Of a stretch of 64,000 nt of DNA, positions 10,574 to 23,600 are shown one piece after another. The notes beneath the pieces were generated by a model. That model had not been told where the DNA came from, did not search any database, and saw only the letters and a list, made by a program, of their open reading frames with translations. The position numbers and the translations under genes were made by a program. The stretch lies in contig OZ287716.1 of the NCBI GenBank assembly GCA_965649825.1, positions 81,778 to 145,777 of the forward strand, given 5' to 3'. Positions within the stretch are counted from its first letter, which is position 1. Each line of letters begins with the position of its first letter. This DNA is from Penicillus capitatus (taxonomy: Eukaryota; Plantae; Chlorophyta).

Positions 10574-11580
10574 TTGGAGGACGCCGTTCGCTGCGATCGA
10601 CGCAGTCGGTCGCTTTCTATGACAGCTGTGCATGACTGCTGCTTTGTCTGCCAAGCCAGCCATTGGGACTGTCTCGAGGATCACGTGTGCGACGGCACTG
10701 TCGATCGAGGTCGGGGCCAGTTGCGATCCGATGCCACCGCCTACCTTCTCTCCGGCGTATTCCACTGTGCAGAGCGCACCAAAGAGGCAGATTGGCATTG
10801 GGACGGGCAGGTATGCTGCTGCATTCTCAGTGGAGTCGTCCATGCCGTTTCGTTCTAGTGTCCTGCGAGTTCTGATGTTATGAGGGCTGCGAAGGAGATC
10901 GTCCGTCATCCGTTCGGAGACCGCTTAGCGAAAACTTCTGCAATGAAAGACGAATAACTACCGCCGAGTGTTCTGCGCGCGTGGGGGTTCGGGGACGATG
11001 TCGTCAGTGCTGTCCACGTGCTCTTGGACGGTAAGTGCACTGTGGAATGCATGAACTAACGTCATGCCTGCTCTTGGCTCTGCCGTTTGGACTGTGATTC
11101 GGCATTCCTCGCAGAACACCGAGATGCCTGTCGACGTCAGCGCGTTGGATCGAGACCAAGGAATGCATTCGCATAACAAAGCGTCCTCAAAACAACGGTG
11201 CGAGAGAACGTACAATAAGTGATGCGCACTGCAGACGGCAAAACGATTTCAGAAAGAGAGAGTGTTTGTTGGGGTCTAAAAGAATGCGACTGTCCACTCC
11301 TCGATGTTTCGGCTGGCAAATCGAGAAGAGACAGAAGGGGATGAATCCAATCGTGGATTCAGTTCCTACCTTTCCACTGCATCTACGCGAGCATCCTGCA
11401 CAGAGAACTGATGGATGTGGATTTGATGCGCGAACGCGTATCGCGTATCGCGATTCTGCTTTGCCACCACAGTGCGTCCTTCTAGACAGTGGCAGTTGCT
11501 CTCTCGTCGGTTGCATCGTCTTCTTCGTTAACTTCAGTGATCTGTCAATACAGCCATCCGGGACTGTGCTGTACGCTTGA
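10574..11580 (+). pseudogene. Possible degenerate spliced gene relic (Cys/His-rich exon, in-frame TAA)
   Basis: CAG|GTATGC...TTCTAG joins ORF 10574 in frame to CPASSDVMRAAKEIVRH...MKDE*LPPSVLRAWGFG. A further GTAAGT donor and a CTCGCAG acceptor follow. No recognisable family. Confidence 0.25.
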
Positions 11581-11733
11581 GCATTATATGCTTTGCATAT
11601 GTGCTTTTCAGTTTAATTTGAGCTGTGCTTGGGTTCTTTCATCTATGCTTATTGCTTATTGCTCAGAAGCAGCATCTCAGAGCAAACATCTAAATCTATC
11701 GTTGTACAACAGACGGTCGGCGAGGAAAGATGA

Positions 11734-13034
11734 CCTCGCCGTTCACCAAACAACAAGACGTAGTTCTCTCGATATGACACGACAGCAACGGATGCCTGAG
11801 TTGCATCACATTCCAAGTCCAGGACAGTTCGCTCATATGCGTGACTAGGTGCAGGTTTCTTCAGGTATTGATCGATCATTGGGCGGCGCACGAAGAAAGA
11901 GCGAATTCTGAACCGCGACTTGCGTCAGCAACCATCGCCACAGTTATACCCTTGTCAAGAGATGCTTGATTTTCGATGCTGCCTTCGAGCATTTTTGCTA
12001 AACCAATCTCCTATGCTGATCCGCTTGGCGATTGTGATGTGAGAAAATGGCATGACCTGTCAGCGCCGTACAGTGATCGTGCTGGTGAGATAAAAGTATG
12101 GATGCTTTGGAGACATAGCAATCAACGATGCCATTGAAAACGTCGACGCCTCGTCAGAACACTGTCTACTGAGGAGTCATCCTACAGTTCCTCTTTCGGC
12201 TGAACAACGCGACAAACACAACAAAACCGTATCGGCGAAGAAATGCACAGAGCATTCTTATTAAACGATGACAGAGGTGCTGTTACTGTTCAATCTTTCA
12301 TCGTCCAGACGTAAAGGGATGATTTCGTCGGCGACATTTCGATTCACTGGTAGCTACATCATCGTTCGCCTTCCTCCAAAATGCATCCTATTCATCGCAG
12401 TGTTAAACTGTTTACTGTTTCGGATTTCTGTCTTTCTTATCATCACTGCGATCGTCCTTCCTTGAATCTAGTGTATACTCAATCTTTATCCACTTCTTTG
12501 GCTTTTCAGACTTTTCGGAACCTTCTGCGCCGGAACTCGTCGATGCACTGCAAAACAGAAAATGGAGTCAGGCATCAAACGGTATGCATACGATCTTACG
12601 AAGTGTTTGCAGCGGCGTCCTGAGTGTCCTTGGGTTCACGGAATGCCGGTGTCTGCGTTTCGGTTGGTGGAATCGGAGGGTCCATCAAGCCTGAGAACAC
12701 ACCATTCAAGCCAGGGAAGCAACGCGATGTTCGACTTCGTGAGGAAATGGGATGGGCGTACTGACGAGCGCTATGCTGGAAGCTCAACGGCTTTCTGTTC
12801 GGTCCTTTGCAGGCTTGCCGAGCCCGACCCAAGAGTTCATTTATGTCCTTTTCCTGCGTTCCTTGCTGCTGGCCAGGTAACGGCCTATCTTTTAAACCAC
12901 TGAGGATTTTATCGAATTCTTCTGTAGTATACTGCGGATTCTCATCGGCGGTACCGCTTCCCGATGGTTTCGGTCCTTCAGCGACTGCAGTCTTCTCAGT
13001 CTTCTCTTTTTCTAGCGAAGGAACGGGAGATGCC
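11734..13034. repeat. Direct-repeat copy 2 (native locus, overlapping the coiled-coil gene 3' end)
   Basis: See copy 1. This copy continues seamlessly into the intact gene and has a 9-bp expansion (EKTEKT). Confidence 0.97.
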
Positions 13035-16000
13035 TTTCCGGTATCTTTGACTGTCAACGACTGGATATGCATCTGCTGTGGCGCCTGGCTCTGAGCAGGC
13101 AGGTGCACAGTTGTCGTCGAAGCCGGTGGATCTTGCAACTGTTGTTGCTGCACCAGATGCGGAGAGTTCTCCTCTTGTCTTATCAGTACCTCTATTCTTT
13201 CCTTCAGAGTCTTGTTCTCTTCGATTTTCCTCTGCAGTTTCTGCCTCCACGTCTTAATCTCTCCAATGTAGTCATCCACTTCTGCTATCTTGGTTGCAAT
13301 TTGTGTTCGCAATTCCTGGTTCTCACTCTCTGCCTTCTCTAGTTTTGCCTAGAACGAGATCATCAAAGGAGAAGACGATCCCGTTTTGCGGGTACCTCTA
13401 GATCCTGAACCATTTCTCGCTGTTTGAGATCCAGTCCTTCCATCTGTTTCTGCATAGACTTTCCCTGCGCTTCGCTTTCTTGACATTGACCCTTCCACTT
13501 CAAGACTTCCAAGTTGACAGCATCACGTTCCGTTTCCAATGTGGCGATGGTTGCATGCATTTCCGCGATAACATTCACGTGTTCTTCCTTTGCAGATTGC
13601 ATCTGTTTCTCACACTCCTCTTTTTTCTCGGACAGTGATTTCTCAGCTGCCTTGAGTTGCATCTCCTGTTCTCGAACCTGCCTTTCTGCTTGCTGCAGTT
13701 TCAACTGCAGCTCATCGAATGCCTCTTTTTCTAACACTCTGCCACAGGTATGAAGACGTTCTGTCAATTCCGTTATGACGTCATCTTTGGTTTGGAGTTG
13801 CATCTCAAGATGACGCATGGTATTCACCAACTCCTCCACATCCGATCCTTTCTCCTGTTCGGCCTGTTGTCCAACAAACACATGCATTCTTGTAGGGAAT
13901 GGATGATAGACATACAGGGGTTTCCACTCTTTTGGATCCCTCAGCCAGTTGGGCACTGTACTGTGCTTTGAGTTGATCGATTTCGTCCACGTGGCACTGT
14001 TCCATCTGCATCATACGGTTCTGCAGGTCAGTGAACAGTTTCTTCTCTTTTTTCAGCTTCTCGACATCCAATTGGTGTGTCGCTTCCTGCTTGTTCATCT
14101 TTTCTTTTGCAACCTCGGCTTCTCTTGACATGGCAGCGATCACAGTTTCCAATTCCTTGATTCTCACTCTTGCTCCTTGCATTTGTGATTTAAACTGATC
14201 CTTCAGAGTCTTGTGCAACTCCAATAGGCTGTTGTACTTAGATTGATACTCCACGAGATTGTGATCCAAGTCTTTCAGATCTTTTTGATAGAGCTCCTGC
14301 AAAGACAGAGAGGGCGTCAGTGAGGGCGCCATCTGAAAAAGAAGTACATTCTGTGTCTGGGTACGTTCCAACTGTTGCTTCAGTTCAGTCTTGATCTGTG
14401 CCTGGACAGCTTTTGCAGCAGAGAATTCTGCCTGAGCATTTTCCCATTTCTTCTTCCAGACAGAGTCACCATCACCAGAGTACACGACCTGGAATCGCAC
14501 ATTCTGCATCGACAACATTTCGAGCATGACGAAAGATGCCAGACTTGTCGGGATTTTGCCCCAGATGATGATTCTTGCATCTTTTGCTTCTTTTTGGAGG
14601 GGCCTGGTTGATCCGCCGAAATGCGCTTTTGTGTCTCTCCATCGTTTTGCTCGTCATAGGCTGGAGTCATCTCTTCTTCCTGATGTTTCTTTTGCTGCGA
14701 CGCTTCCAATTTTTCTTTAAGCTCTTTCACTTTCAGCTCCATCCGATTCTTCTGTCTCGTCAACTGCCTGCATTAAATGGCATCCAGTCTCAGCTTCGTC
14801 ATCACACTGCTGTAGATACATACATGTTTAATTCCACGATATCGTGAGCGCAAGTAGGCTGAGGTTGGTCGCTCTCTGGATTAGGTTGCAGAAGTCGTGC
14901 ACCTTCAGCCCCTTTTAAGACCCTTTCAGTTGATTCGATTCTTTTCAGCAGGAACTTGGTCTGCAAATCACCGCCAACACTTTATATTCCGAAACAGAAT
15001 AGAGTGCGGAGTCTACTTGAGCAGCAGCAGAGGCATTGGCCTTTTGCAAAGCCCGCATCTCAAGGCAGAAATTCTCTCTTTCTTCCTTGCACTTTTCTAT
15101 AGTATCCATCTGCTGATCTACTTGTCCTTGCAGTTCGTCAATCTCTCTGGCACGTCTCTTGCAAATCTGCATGGCCAACAAGAATCTCAACGACCACATA
15201 TGGACCGAGCCAATAGATACTTTGGCCAGTTCAGACAGCTCAAACTTCAGAACACGTCTCTCTGTCAACGTTTGTTTGTGAGCGTTCGAGAGTTTCTCTT
15301 TGTTGGCATTTTCCATCATTCTTGCTCGAATTTGATCGTTGTACTTCGCCGCCTACACATCCCAATTCTTCAGCAGAGAACAAACTGCGTCATCTTTACC
15401 ATCTCCACACACTTTCTTTTCAGATCCTGGAACGTCATGTTCTGTGGAAACTGCAGGTTCATCATAGGCGGAAGCACGCTGTCTTCACCCAACGGACTCT
15501 CGTGTTCTGGCAGTCCAATGTGAGCGAGATTCATCGGAGTGAATAGATGTAGCGAATCATCGTCGATCGCAGCGGGTTCTGCCTCAGACTCTGACTCTGT
15601 GGTCTCAACAACATCGTCTTTGTGTGCAACTCCACGCGCTCCTTGATGTTCAGCTTCTGGCTGTGGCTCAAGTGAAGGCCCAGCTTGATTCTGCTGCTGC
15701 TGCTGCTCTTGAGGCTCTCCTTCCACTTGAGGTTCGTGCTGAATTTCAAATGTGTCTGGCAGTCGATTCCCGAGTCGCCGCCGACGGATTCTCGTTTCTT
15801 TACGTTCGGTTCGTCCTTTGGAGGGTTCCTGAGCAGAACTCTTGCTGTTTCTCTCCCTCTTGCGCTCAGACTTGTATGCAGCGATGCATTCTCCGAAAGC
15901 TTTAGAAGTGTCTTGCAGGACGCCTTGTGTGATCTTATACTCTTCTTGTTTCTTATCCAATGCCACCTTGAGTCTATCGATCTGTTGATCTTTGCGATTC

Positions 16001-16753
16001 AATTGGTTTGTGAGGTTTGTTTCCTGAACACCACGTCACATCATGTCACACTTTTATCTCTATTGCTCTCCAAATGCTCACCGTATGTGACCATTGTTCG
16101 AACTTGTGCTCAAATTGTCGTCTCAGATCCTCAACTTCGGTACGGGCATTCTGATATCTCTCTTTCCAAATGGCTGTATGTTTTCGGCTCTCTTCCAGTT
16201 CGGCCAGCGTTTCTTTGAGCTCATTGGATTTGACTTCGACACGACCTTTCAGCATATCAATGTCCTTTTGGAAAGTCAGTCGGTCTTCGGCTGGAATCTC
16301 CCTCTGAGTGAGAGCCTCAGTGAGACGTTCCGACAATTCTTTGATTTGCATAGACACTTCCGTATTCATCGTCGCTGCGCCCCACGCAGGTCCACCATTC
16401 TCATCGCGGGCTTTCGCAAGTTCCACTTCTAACTGTCGGCGCTCCGACCGAACGGACTCAAGTTCCGCCTTCAGCCGCGCATTTTCTTGCTGCGTTTCTT
16501 CTACGAGCTGAGCACACGCACGTAGACACACACGCACTTATCTATCTTCTCCGTTGTTCTTCAGTGTCGCGCACTTTTTTGTTGTTTTCGACGTGAACCG
16601 TCGCTTCTTGGTATTGCTCCTCCATCGTCTTGAGCTCCTCCTCCATCGCCTGCCACATTTCGGTTCAAACTCAGAACGACAAATCGACGGTGCGGTGCGT
16701 ATCACTTGGTAATGCTCTTGCAGCACCGCATCGATCGCGGTGTCCTTGTCCAT
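12412..16753 (-). CDS. Large multi-exon coiled-coil protein, uncharacterised
   Basis: E/K/Q-rich heptad ORFs 16046..16537, 15370..16002, 14945..15319, 14380..14763, 13805..14527, 13363..13956 and 12596..13312. Start MDKDTAIDAVLQEHYQ at 16753. A GTAAGA...TTGCAG intron extends the frame to a TAA at 12412. Confidence 0.8.
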
Positions 16754-16911
16754 GGCGGATATCAGCAAACAAACGCAACTCGCGAATCGAGTACGTGCGT
16801 TCGTGCGTTCGTGCGCGTGCGTTCGTTCAAATGAAACCAACGTTTGGACACGGTCGCTTCAACGATTGCGAATTTAGCGCGGAATTCATTGTTACTGGTT
16901 CAGCAAATCCC

Positions 16912-17685
16912 ATGTCTATCCTTACCTGCGTCTGTTTTCTGACTCTGTTTACGTTTACACACGCTGTCGTCGGAGAATGCGACGCGTCAGAGCTCGGCTA
17001 TGAATGCATGAAGAGCCTCGCCGAGTACTACAACGTTCACTGGACACTTCGCGGTTCGGTGCTTCACATGGCTCTGGAAGGAATCGGAGCCGAATGGGTC
17101 GGCTTCTCCTTTCCTCAGATTCCTGAAAAGATGTTTCCAGCGGACGCGGTCATCGGATGGCTCGACGTTAACGGACCGTCCGTGTTGCCTTATCACCTGA
17201 CCACACAGTCCGTGTTTAGCGAAGACGAAGACTTTGCCATTATTCTAAGCAATGTCAGTGCTATCCAAGACACGGAGAGAACAATTGTCGCCTTTACGCG
17301 ATCGACAACACAAGGCCGCGTTAAAATCAAGGTCGACGAGGACATGCCAATCAATTTTGCCATCGGAGACGTTGACTCCTTGCGATACCATAGAGAGAGG
17401 GGCAGTTCCACGATTCTTCTTTCGGCTGAACCAGGAGAGGGACGCACGGCAGCTTTTCGACCACCTCCTCTCAGTGCCAATATCAGCCCCAGTCCCGACG
17501 AAGTCGAAACGAGTAGCGAACCGTCGCTGCCAACGAGAACCATTATTCTACCATCAGATGTCGAAGATTTAACGACTGCTGTCTTTTCAGCCCCAGGCTC
17601 CGAGTCCTCCATTGAGGCTCCAGAGTCCAATGGGGGTGAAGACGAAGACGACGAGGTCCGTCTACTGCTTGACGGTCTCAAGTGA
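16912..17685 (+). CDS. Secreted single DOMON-domain protein with a Ser/Pro/Glu-rich tail, intronless
   Basis: Signal-peptide-like MSILTCVCFLTLFTFTHAVVG. WVGFSF...KMFPADAVIGW and a distal YH are typical DOMON motifs. Confidence 0.8.
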   Translation: MSILTCVCFLTLFTFTHAVVGECDASELGYECMKSLAEYYNVHWTLRGSVLHMALEGIGAEWVGFSFPQIPEKMFPADAVIGWLDVNGPSVLPYHLTTQSVFSEDEDFAIILSNVSAIQDTERTIVAFTRSTTQGRVKIKVDEDMPINFAIGDVDSLRYHRERGSSTILLSAEPGEGRTAAFRPPPLSANISPSPDEVETSSEPSLPTRTIILPSDVEDLTTAVFSAPGSESSIEAPESNGGEDEDDEVRLLLDGLK

Positions 17686-17962
17686 TCAGCTCTGAACTGC
17701 AATGACAATCGTAACAATATCAAACTCCTGACCTCATTCCTCGATGGATATGCAATATCTCATTTACTATCTCTGTCTTCAGTATTTTTGTCGCGTTTCA
17801 AATGATCGAAGCAAAAGTTCTGCGGGGGGGGGCAGCACTATTCGTTGTCACAAGTTAAAGCACGACTGACGGTATCAGCCGGATACAAACTATCATTTGT
17901 CATCATCATCATCGATGAGTGAGTGAGCACAGCGGTGGATATGACTGACATGCGATTCTCTT

Positions 17963-18577
17963 TTAATAGTCCTCTACTCCCAGAATGTCCAAAGCTACAT
18001 AGGGATCTCTGCTTCTCCACAGCACTGGATAAGTTTTCCTTTCTGGACAGTGTCGAAGGAAGTCATCTGGGATTCCTGGATTTGCATAGACGTTTAAGCT
18101 ACTCTCACGATTTGTGCGACGTTCTCTTCGAATTTGTAAACCACAACGCTGACACTCTGTTCCCATCCAGATCAATCCACCACGTTTGCCGTCAAAGTCC
18201 GTTCGGAGACGGGGAAAATCTTCGAGGTCCATGCGACGGGGGTCGAATCCAACGAAGCGATGGGGAGTGCGATAATCGGGAAGCTCTTTTGGCGGCGGTG
18301 GCGGCTTCTCTTCGTCGACAACGTCCGACGAGATAGCGTCCTCGACTGGATCGTCGACCGCTTCGAGTTCTGCCTCGAGTTGAGCGAAATCCTCTAGCGT
18401 CTCGGGCGAAAGCAAATCATTGTCGGAGTCGGATGCCGTCTCGATCTTTGAGAAGTGTTTTCGTCGATCGGCCGATTCGGCTTTGGGACGCGTCGTGTAC
18501 CGTCGGCATCGCGTTCGCAGCAGGGGAGAACGGAGGGGAGAGGTGAAGGATAAGGAGATGCGCGAGCAGGTCTGCAT
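17963..18577 (-). CDS. Hypothetical protein with a transit-peptide-like N-terminus; 3' exon structure unresolved
   Basis: MQTCSRISLSFTSPLRSPLLRTRCRR is followed by an acidic segment and ELPDYRTPHRFVGFDPRR. Confidence 0.45.
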   Translation of the reverse strand: MQTCSRISLSFTSPLRSPLLRTRCRRYTTRPKAESADRRKHFSKIETASDSDNDLLSPETLEDFAQLEAELEAVDDPVEDAISSDVVDEEKPPPPPKELPDYRTPHRFVGFDPRRMDLEDFPRLRTDFDGKRGGLIWMGTECQRCGLQIRRERRTNRESSLNVYANPGIPDDFLRHCPERKTYPVLWRSRDPYVALDILGVEDY

Positions 18578-18940
18578 CGATCGCGTTGTCACAATGATTG
18601 TTCGATCCGTCGGCCTTTGTCGCGCCCTTTTCAGTCGTCCGCTCGCGACGACACGGCACGTCCGTTGCTTGACATCGCGCGAACCGGAGTACGGTTCATC
18701 TGAGAAACTTATTTCCGTTTCGGACGTCGTGAAAGAAGTGCGCAATGGAAAGAGGGAGAGAATACAAATCGGATGGGTCTAGGCCGCGGAACTGGGCGAG
18801 AATTTTGTCTTTACGGATAACAGCGACGAACCGGTTTTCAAATACGAAGAGGCGCTAAGAGGAGATCCTGAAAAGAGTACCCAATACACAACGACCCTCG
18901 CAAATCTCGTGCTCGTGTGGATGCAATAGAAGACAAAAGT

Positions 18941-19450
18941 ATGACGGAGCAGAAGACGCCTTCTGTGAGCTCAACGGCATTGGATGTCACGAGTGCCTAC
19001 GCCCCTGAGCAAGGTATACCTCTGCCCGTGATATAGGGGAAAGAAAGCAACATCGCTGGCGATTAGGGTTCAAAGAGATCACGGTGGATGAACTGAAAGC
19101 GAAATTGGAAAGAAAGGAATTTGCATTGCTGTTGGACGTGCGAGGGCCTTCGGAATTTGAGTCGGGACATGTTCCCGGAGCGCGTAACATTCCGCTGGGG
19201 GAGTTAACCGGTGACTACGTCGATGCCTCGGATTTGAAGGAGTACAAAGAAAAGGCGATCGCCGTCATCTGCGGAATCGGCAAACGATCCGCACAGGCGA
19301 CTGTTCGATTGAACAAGGTACAAGTGGAATCTGCTCGCTCATCAGACACATGCAAGTCACATCATTTAGGTATTGGGATTCACTGATGTGACAAGTGTGG
19401 CTGCTGGAACGAAGGAATGGATCGCGAAAGGATACGAGATCGAAAAGTGA
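18941..19450 (+). CDS. Single-domain rhodanese/sulfurtransferase
   Basis: LLLDVRGPSEFESGHVPGARNIP and VICGIGKRS; a spliced last exon reads VLGFTDVTSVAAGTKEWIAKGYEIEK*. Confidence 0.88.
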
Positions 19451-19484
19451 TCCAAGGAATGACAGATCGTCCATTCTACAGACC

Positions 19485-20592
19485 TCATAGACATTTTCTC
19501 ACTTTTCTTGAACTCATGAGTCGGCCAAGCAGAATACCGGCAGCAACGCTAACATTTAAGCTATCCAGTAGCGGATTCTGCGATGCTGTCTCGGACAGAA
19601 TCTGCACAAACTGGCTACACTGCTCGCGGATGCTCTGACGGAGACCCCGGGATTCGTTTCCTCGAGCAGTGAACCACATCGACCCACTGTGCTCGTGCAA
19701 TGAAGGTCTTACCCATGACAAGAACGGTCGGTGCGTCGACGGTGCACTGTTCGAAGGAAATGGCATCGTCTGTGACGTCTGAACCGAGAACGTGCCATCC
19801 ACATCCCCGTGCTTGACTCAGAAGTCTTTGCATCCGAGAGGACGCATGTACAGGAAACGTCTCCATCGCTCCCGAGCTGACTTTGCTGACAGTCGGAGAC
19901 AACGGAGCCGAATTCTTCTGTGCCACGACCACGCCATTCACTCCCAAGAACGCAGCTGTGCGTAGCATCGCACCTAAGTTATGCTGCATTCCACACACAG
20001 TCGGCACTCCTCTTCTGTCCGACCTATCTCTCACCGGATCATACACTTCGTCAAGTGCTAGCCAGACAGGATGCGGGTCCTGACCATCTGCATCTGGCAG
20101 ACTCTGCAGTAATTCAAAATTGAGAGGCGAGCAGTCGAGCAAGAATCCCTGATGCACAGGTCGCTGTATGCTGATGGTTTGAGCTGCCACCCACGACGAA
20201 CTTGGTGGACATGTCCTTGAGCCATCATATTGAGATCGTGCTTGGAGTGATGCTGGATCTCAATTCCTCGTTCCCTCGCTTGGCGTATGCCATTAGATAT
20301 CAATCGCCGGTCTTTACGCCGAGACAGGTCTATCTCGTCTTGAATGCAGAGTTTGTAAATCTCTCTCCTGAGCGAAAGGCGAAGCCCATCCAGTAGCCAG
20401 TCTCTTAGCAAAGAGAGGGCACAGATCCTGCCTTTTGGCTTCGAGAGCTGCGAAGACAGGAGCCACACCAAACAGCACATCCCCATTCCATTCTCGTTTC
20501 AGACTCCAGTTCGACATAGATCGGGCGCCACCCGCTCTACGGTGTGATTGGAATCTCTGTGTCGCCGCCACGACTCCTCGGATCCGAGTCAT
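19485..20592 (-). CDS. MRM1: SpoU/TrmH-family 2'-O-ribose rRNA methyltransferase, MRM1-like, organellar
   Basis: VWLALDEVYDP|HNLGAMLRTAAFLG, TVLVMG|NESRGLR and DSLNVSVAAGILL are SpoU motifs 1-3. Includes a GC-AG intron at 20368-20431. Confidence 0.88.
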
Positions 20593-20641
20593 TAGGTGCA
20601 ATGCGCTACATTAAGACCACTCACTGCATTTCGCAACTCCC

Positions 20642-23600
20642 ATGGGAGATCGAAAGCGTCCCGGTTTACAGGCTCCCGGACTTTCCGAGCCGCCGACTTC
20701 AAAAGCGACGCGATGTGACGCACACGACACGCAAAGACGCGATGCTCCTCTGGCGACGGTATCGACACGTGGCCGAGGCGGACGGCGACGCGGTCGTGGA
20801 AAAGCGCCTACCACTCGGGGCGTCGCCCACGGCGTCAGTCCCGTATCCCGGCCCCTGAATCATCCATCCCTCAGCGGCGACGTCAATCGTCTTCTCAGTG
20901 CTGTCACTTCCAGCAGTCTCTTCTACGAGAGCTGTCGCTCCTCCATCATCGATGCCTTTCCAGAACATGTTCCTTCCACCTTCCAAGATTCCGATCACTA
21001 CGTACGCACTTTTCTGCCCCTCCTTTACGAAGAAGCACGCGAATCGATCAAAGCGTCATTCTCGGACGCACGGGAACAGGATCAATACTGGGATGCGAGT
21101 GTATTGTCCGTTGAGACGCAGGGAGCTGGCTGGGTGAAAGTGGACCTCATGCTCGGACGATTTTATGGCCGACATGCCGCAAATCCACGACTCTTCCAGA
21201 ATCATGTCGTCGTTTTGACCAACTTCCGTCCACCCAAGCGCGATCCTGTGGAGCATTTGCAGAAGAAGCTCAAGAAACAGACGACAGGGACGACGACACC
21301 TTCAAAAGGTACGGCACATCCAAAGATGGGGCCCGCAACCGTCGTGGTGACAATCGTGGTGCAGCTGGATCGCGACAAGAATGTTCTCACACTCCGGACG
21401 CGACCTGTGTGTGACCAGCATCCGTTTGACATCTCAGCTCCCTGTCATCAATGTGTCGAACGTCTTCGTCAGTTTCAAGGTCCGTGGATGGTATTTCCAA
21501 CAGGAGGTTTGGTCACACAACAGAGAGAGTGTGATATTCTGCATTCGCTGGAGAAGATCCCTGTCATGCAGGCGATACTAAAACCGGATCAGTATCTGAA
21601 GATGAAAATCGAGGAAGTGCCGAGGAAGCTGCCAACGGAATTGGGCAACGGCATCCAGGATTACATTCGCCAGACGTACGATGCCTCACAAGCAGATGCC
21701 ATTCTCATGTGCACAGCGCATTTTTGCAAAGACGAAATCGAAGATGGCAAACAGACATTGCCTGTTCTTTTGATCCAAGGACCGCCAGGCACAGGAAAGA
21801 CGCATACCGTCGAAGGTATTCTGAATCTCTGGCACTTGGTGCAGTTTGAGAGATATTACAAACGCGTGATTGGGCAGTACCGCTGTGCGGATTCGACGGT
21901 CATGAAGAAATCAGAACTCGCCACGACACGTACGTTGATGAAACCGCGCATCTTGGTCTGCGCGCCTTCCAACGCAGCAGTGGATGAGTTACTGGAACGC
22001 ATTTTGATGCATGGATTTCGCGATTCTTCTGGGCAGGTGTACAAACCAAATCTCGTTCGCATTGGAGCGGAGGATGCTCAGTATTCTGACGATGTCCGCC
22101 TCGTCTTTTTGGACACGCTGGTTGGGAGTTATCTGTCCATGAACAAAAACGATTGGCTGGTCAGTTTTGACAAGTATCAGCAAAGAGTGCAGCTTTTGGA
22201 AAAAGAGATCAAAGACCTAGAACAGATGATTCTGAGAGACGAACGCAGTATCGAGACGTCAGGAGGCGAACTTCTGTCGAGAATGGAGAAACTCGACAAA
22301 TCAGAGACAGAGATTCGGAGATTGAAGCTGGTGGAATCTGTCGTCGACGGTACCTGCCCAAACGATCGATACATACGCGAAGCGCTGGAGCTGAATTTTC
22401 TAGACAGTGCAGAAATGGTGTTCACGACACTTTCCAGTACAGGAAAGAAGGTGCTGTCCAAAGTGAACAGAGGATTCGAGACCGTGTTGATTGACGAGGC
22501 AGCCCAGGCGTCGGAGGTTTCAACGCTGCAGCCTCTGGTCTATGGCTGTCAGCAGTGTGTCTTGGTCGGCGATCCTCAACAATTGCCCGCCACGATTCTG
22601 TCGCAGAGAGGCAAGGCGTTAAACATGGAGAGAAGCTTGTTTGGTCGTCTGCAAGAAGGAGGTGCACCTGTGAAGCTTCTTCAAACGCAGTACAGAATGC
22701 ATCCATACATTCGAAGCTTTCCCTCTTCCTACTTCTATGACAGTCATTTGGAAGATGGCCAAAATATTAAAGATCGACCACAAGAGCCCTTCTACAACCA
22801 CGATTTGCTCAAGCCCTATGTCATATTCAATGTTCCGACTGGTCTACATGAACGACAAGGGGGCGGGTCGCTTCAGAATCAGGTCGAGGCAGATCTCGCC
22901 GCAGCGCTGTTTAAGGAGTTACGAGATTTCTTGATCGAGAAGCACCAGAAGGCAGTGCAGGAAGGGAAGCCATCTCCACGTCCAGTCCGCGTTGGTGTGC
23001 TGACGCCATATCGCAGTCAGACCAAATGCCTAACGGATACGTTCTTCAGACTATTGGGTGCTGATGTGGCCAGCGAGGTAAAGATCTTGACGGTGGATTC
23101 CTGTCAGGGCAAGCAGCTGGATGTGGTGATTTTCTCCTGTGTTCGTGGATCGACCAAGGCTTCTGGAGTTGGCTTTGTGGCTGACATCCGTCGCATGAAT
23201 GTGGCCATCACGCGTGCTAAGAAAGCTCTGTGGATTCTGGGCAACTTCAGAACCCTTGTCTCGCATCCTGCATGGGCCGCACTCGAGGCCGATGCGAAGG
23301 AACGAGAATGTGTGGTCGACGATTCAACAGCAGAAAGCCTCTTCCCGCACCAAAACCTCTTCAAAAACACACGACCACCACCACCACCTCTGGTCACCTA
23401 CCTCCCTATCTCTTGTTTCGTCTTCGCCAATTTCGTGGTATGTAGGTCGAGGAAATGGCGGAATACAAGGATCCCCGTGTTGGAGTGATCAAGCCTCTGA
23501 TCGAAGGAGAGAAATCTGAGCCAGAGAATACGGACGGGACATCGCAGACCACGACAGAAGATACACAGAAAGAAGCCGCAGAGGCGAATCCACATTTCAC

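Noticed and set aside
1-13034. Direct repeats interpreted as LTRs of a retrotransposon
   Set aside because: The repeat is spliced host coding sequence, no TG...CA end, PBS or PPT is evident at the visible boundary, and there is no gag/pol between the copies.
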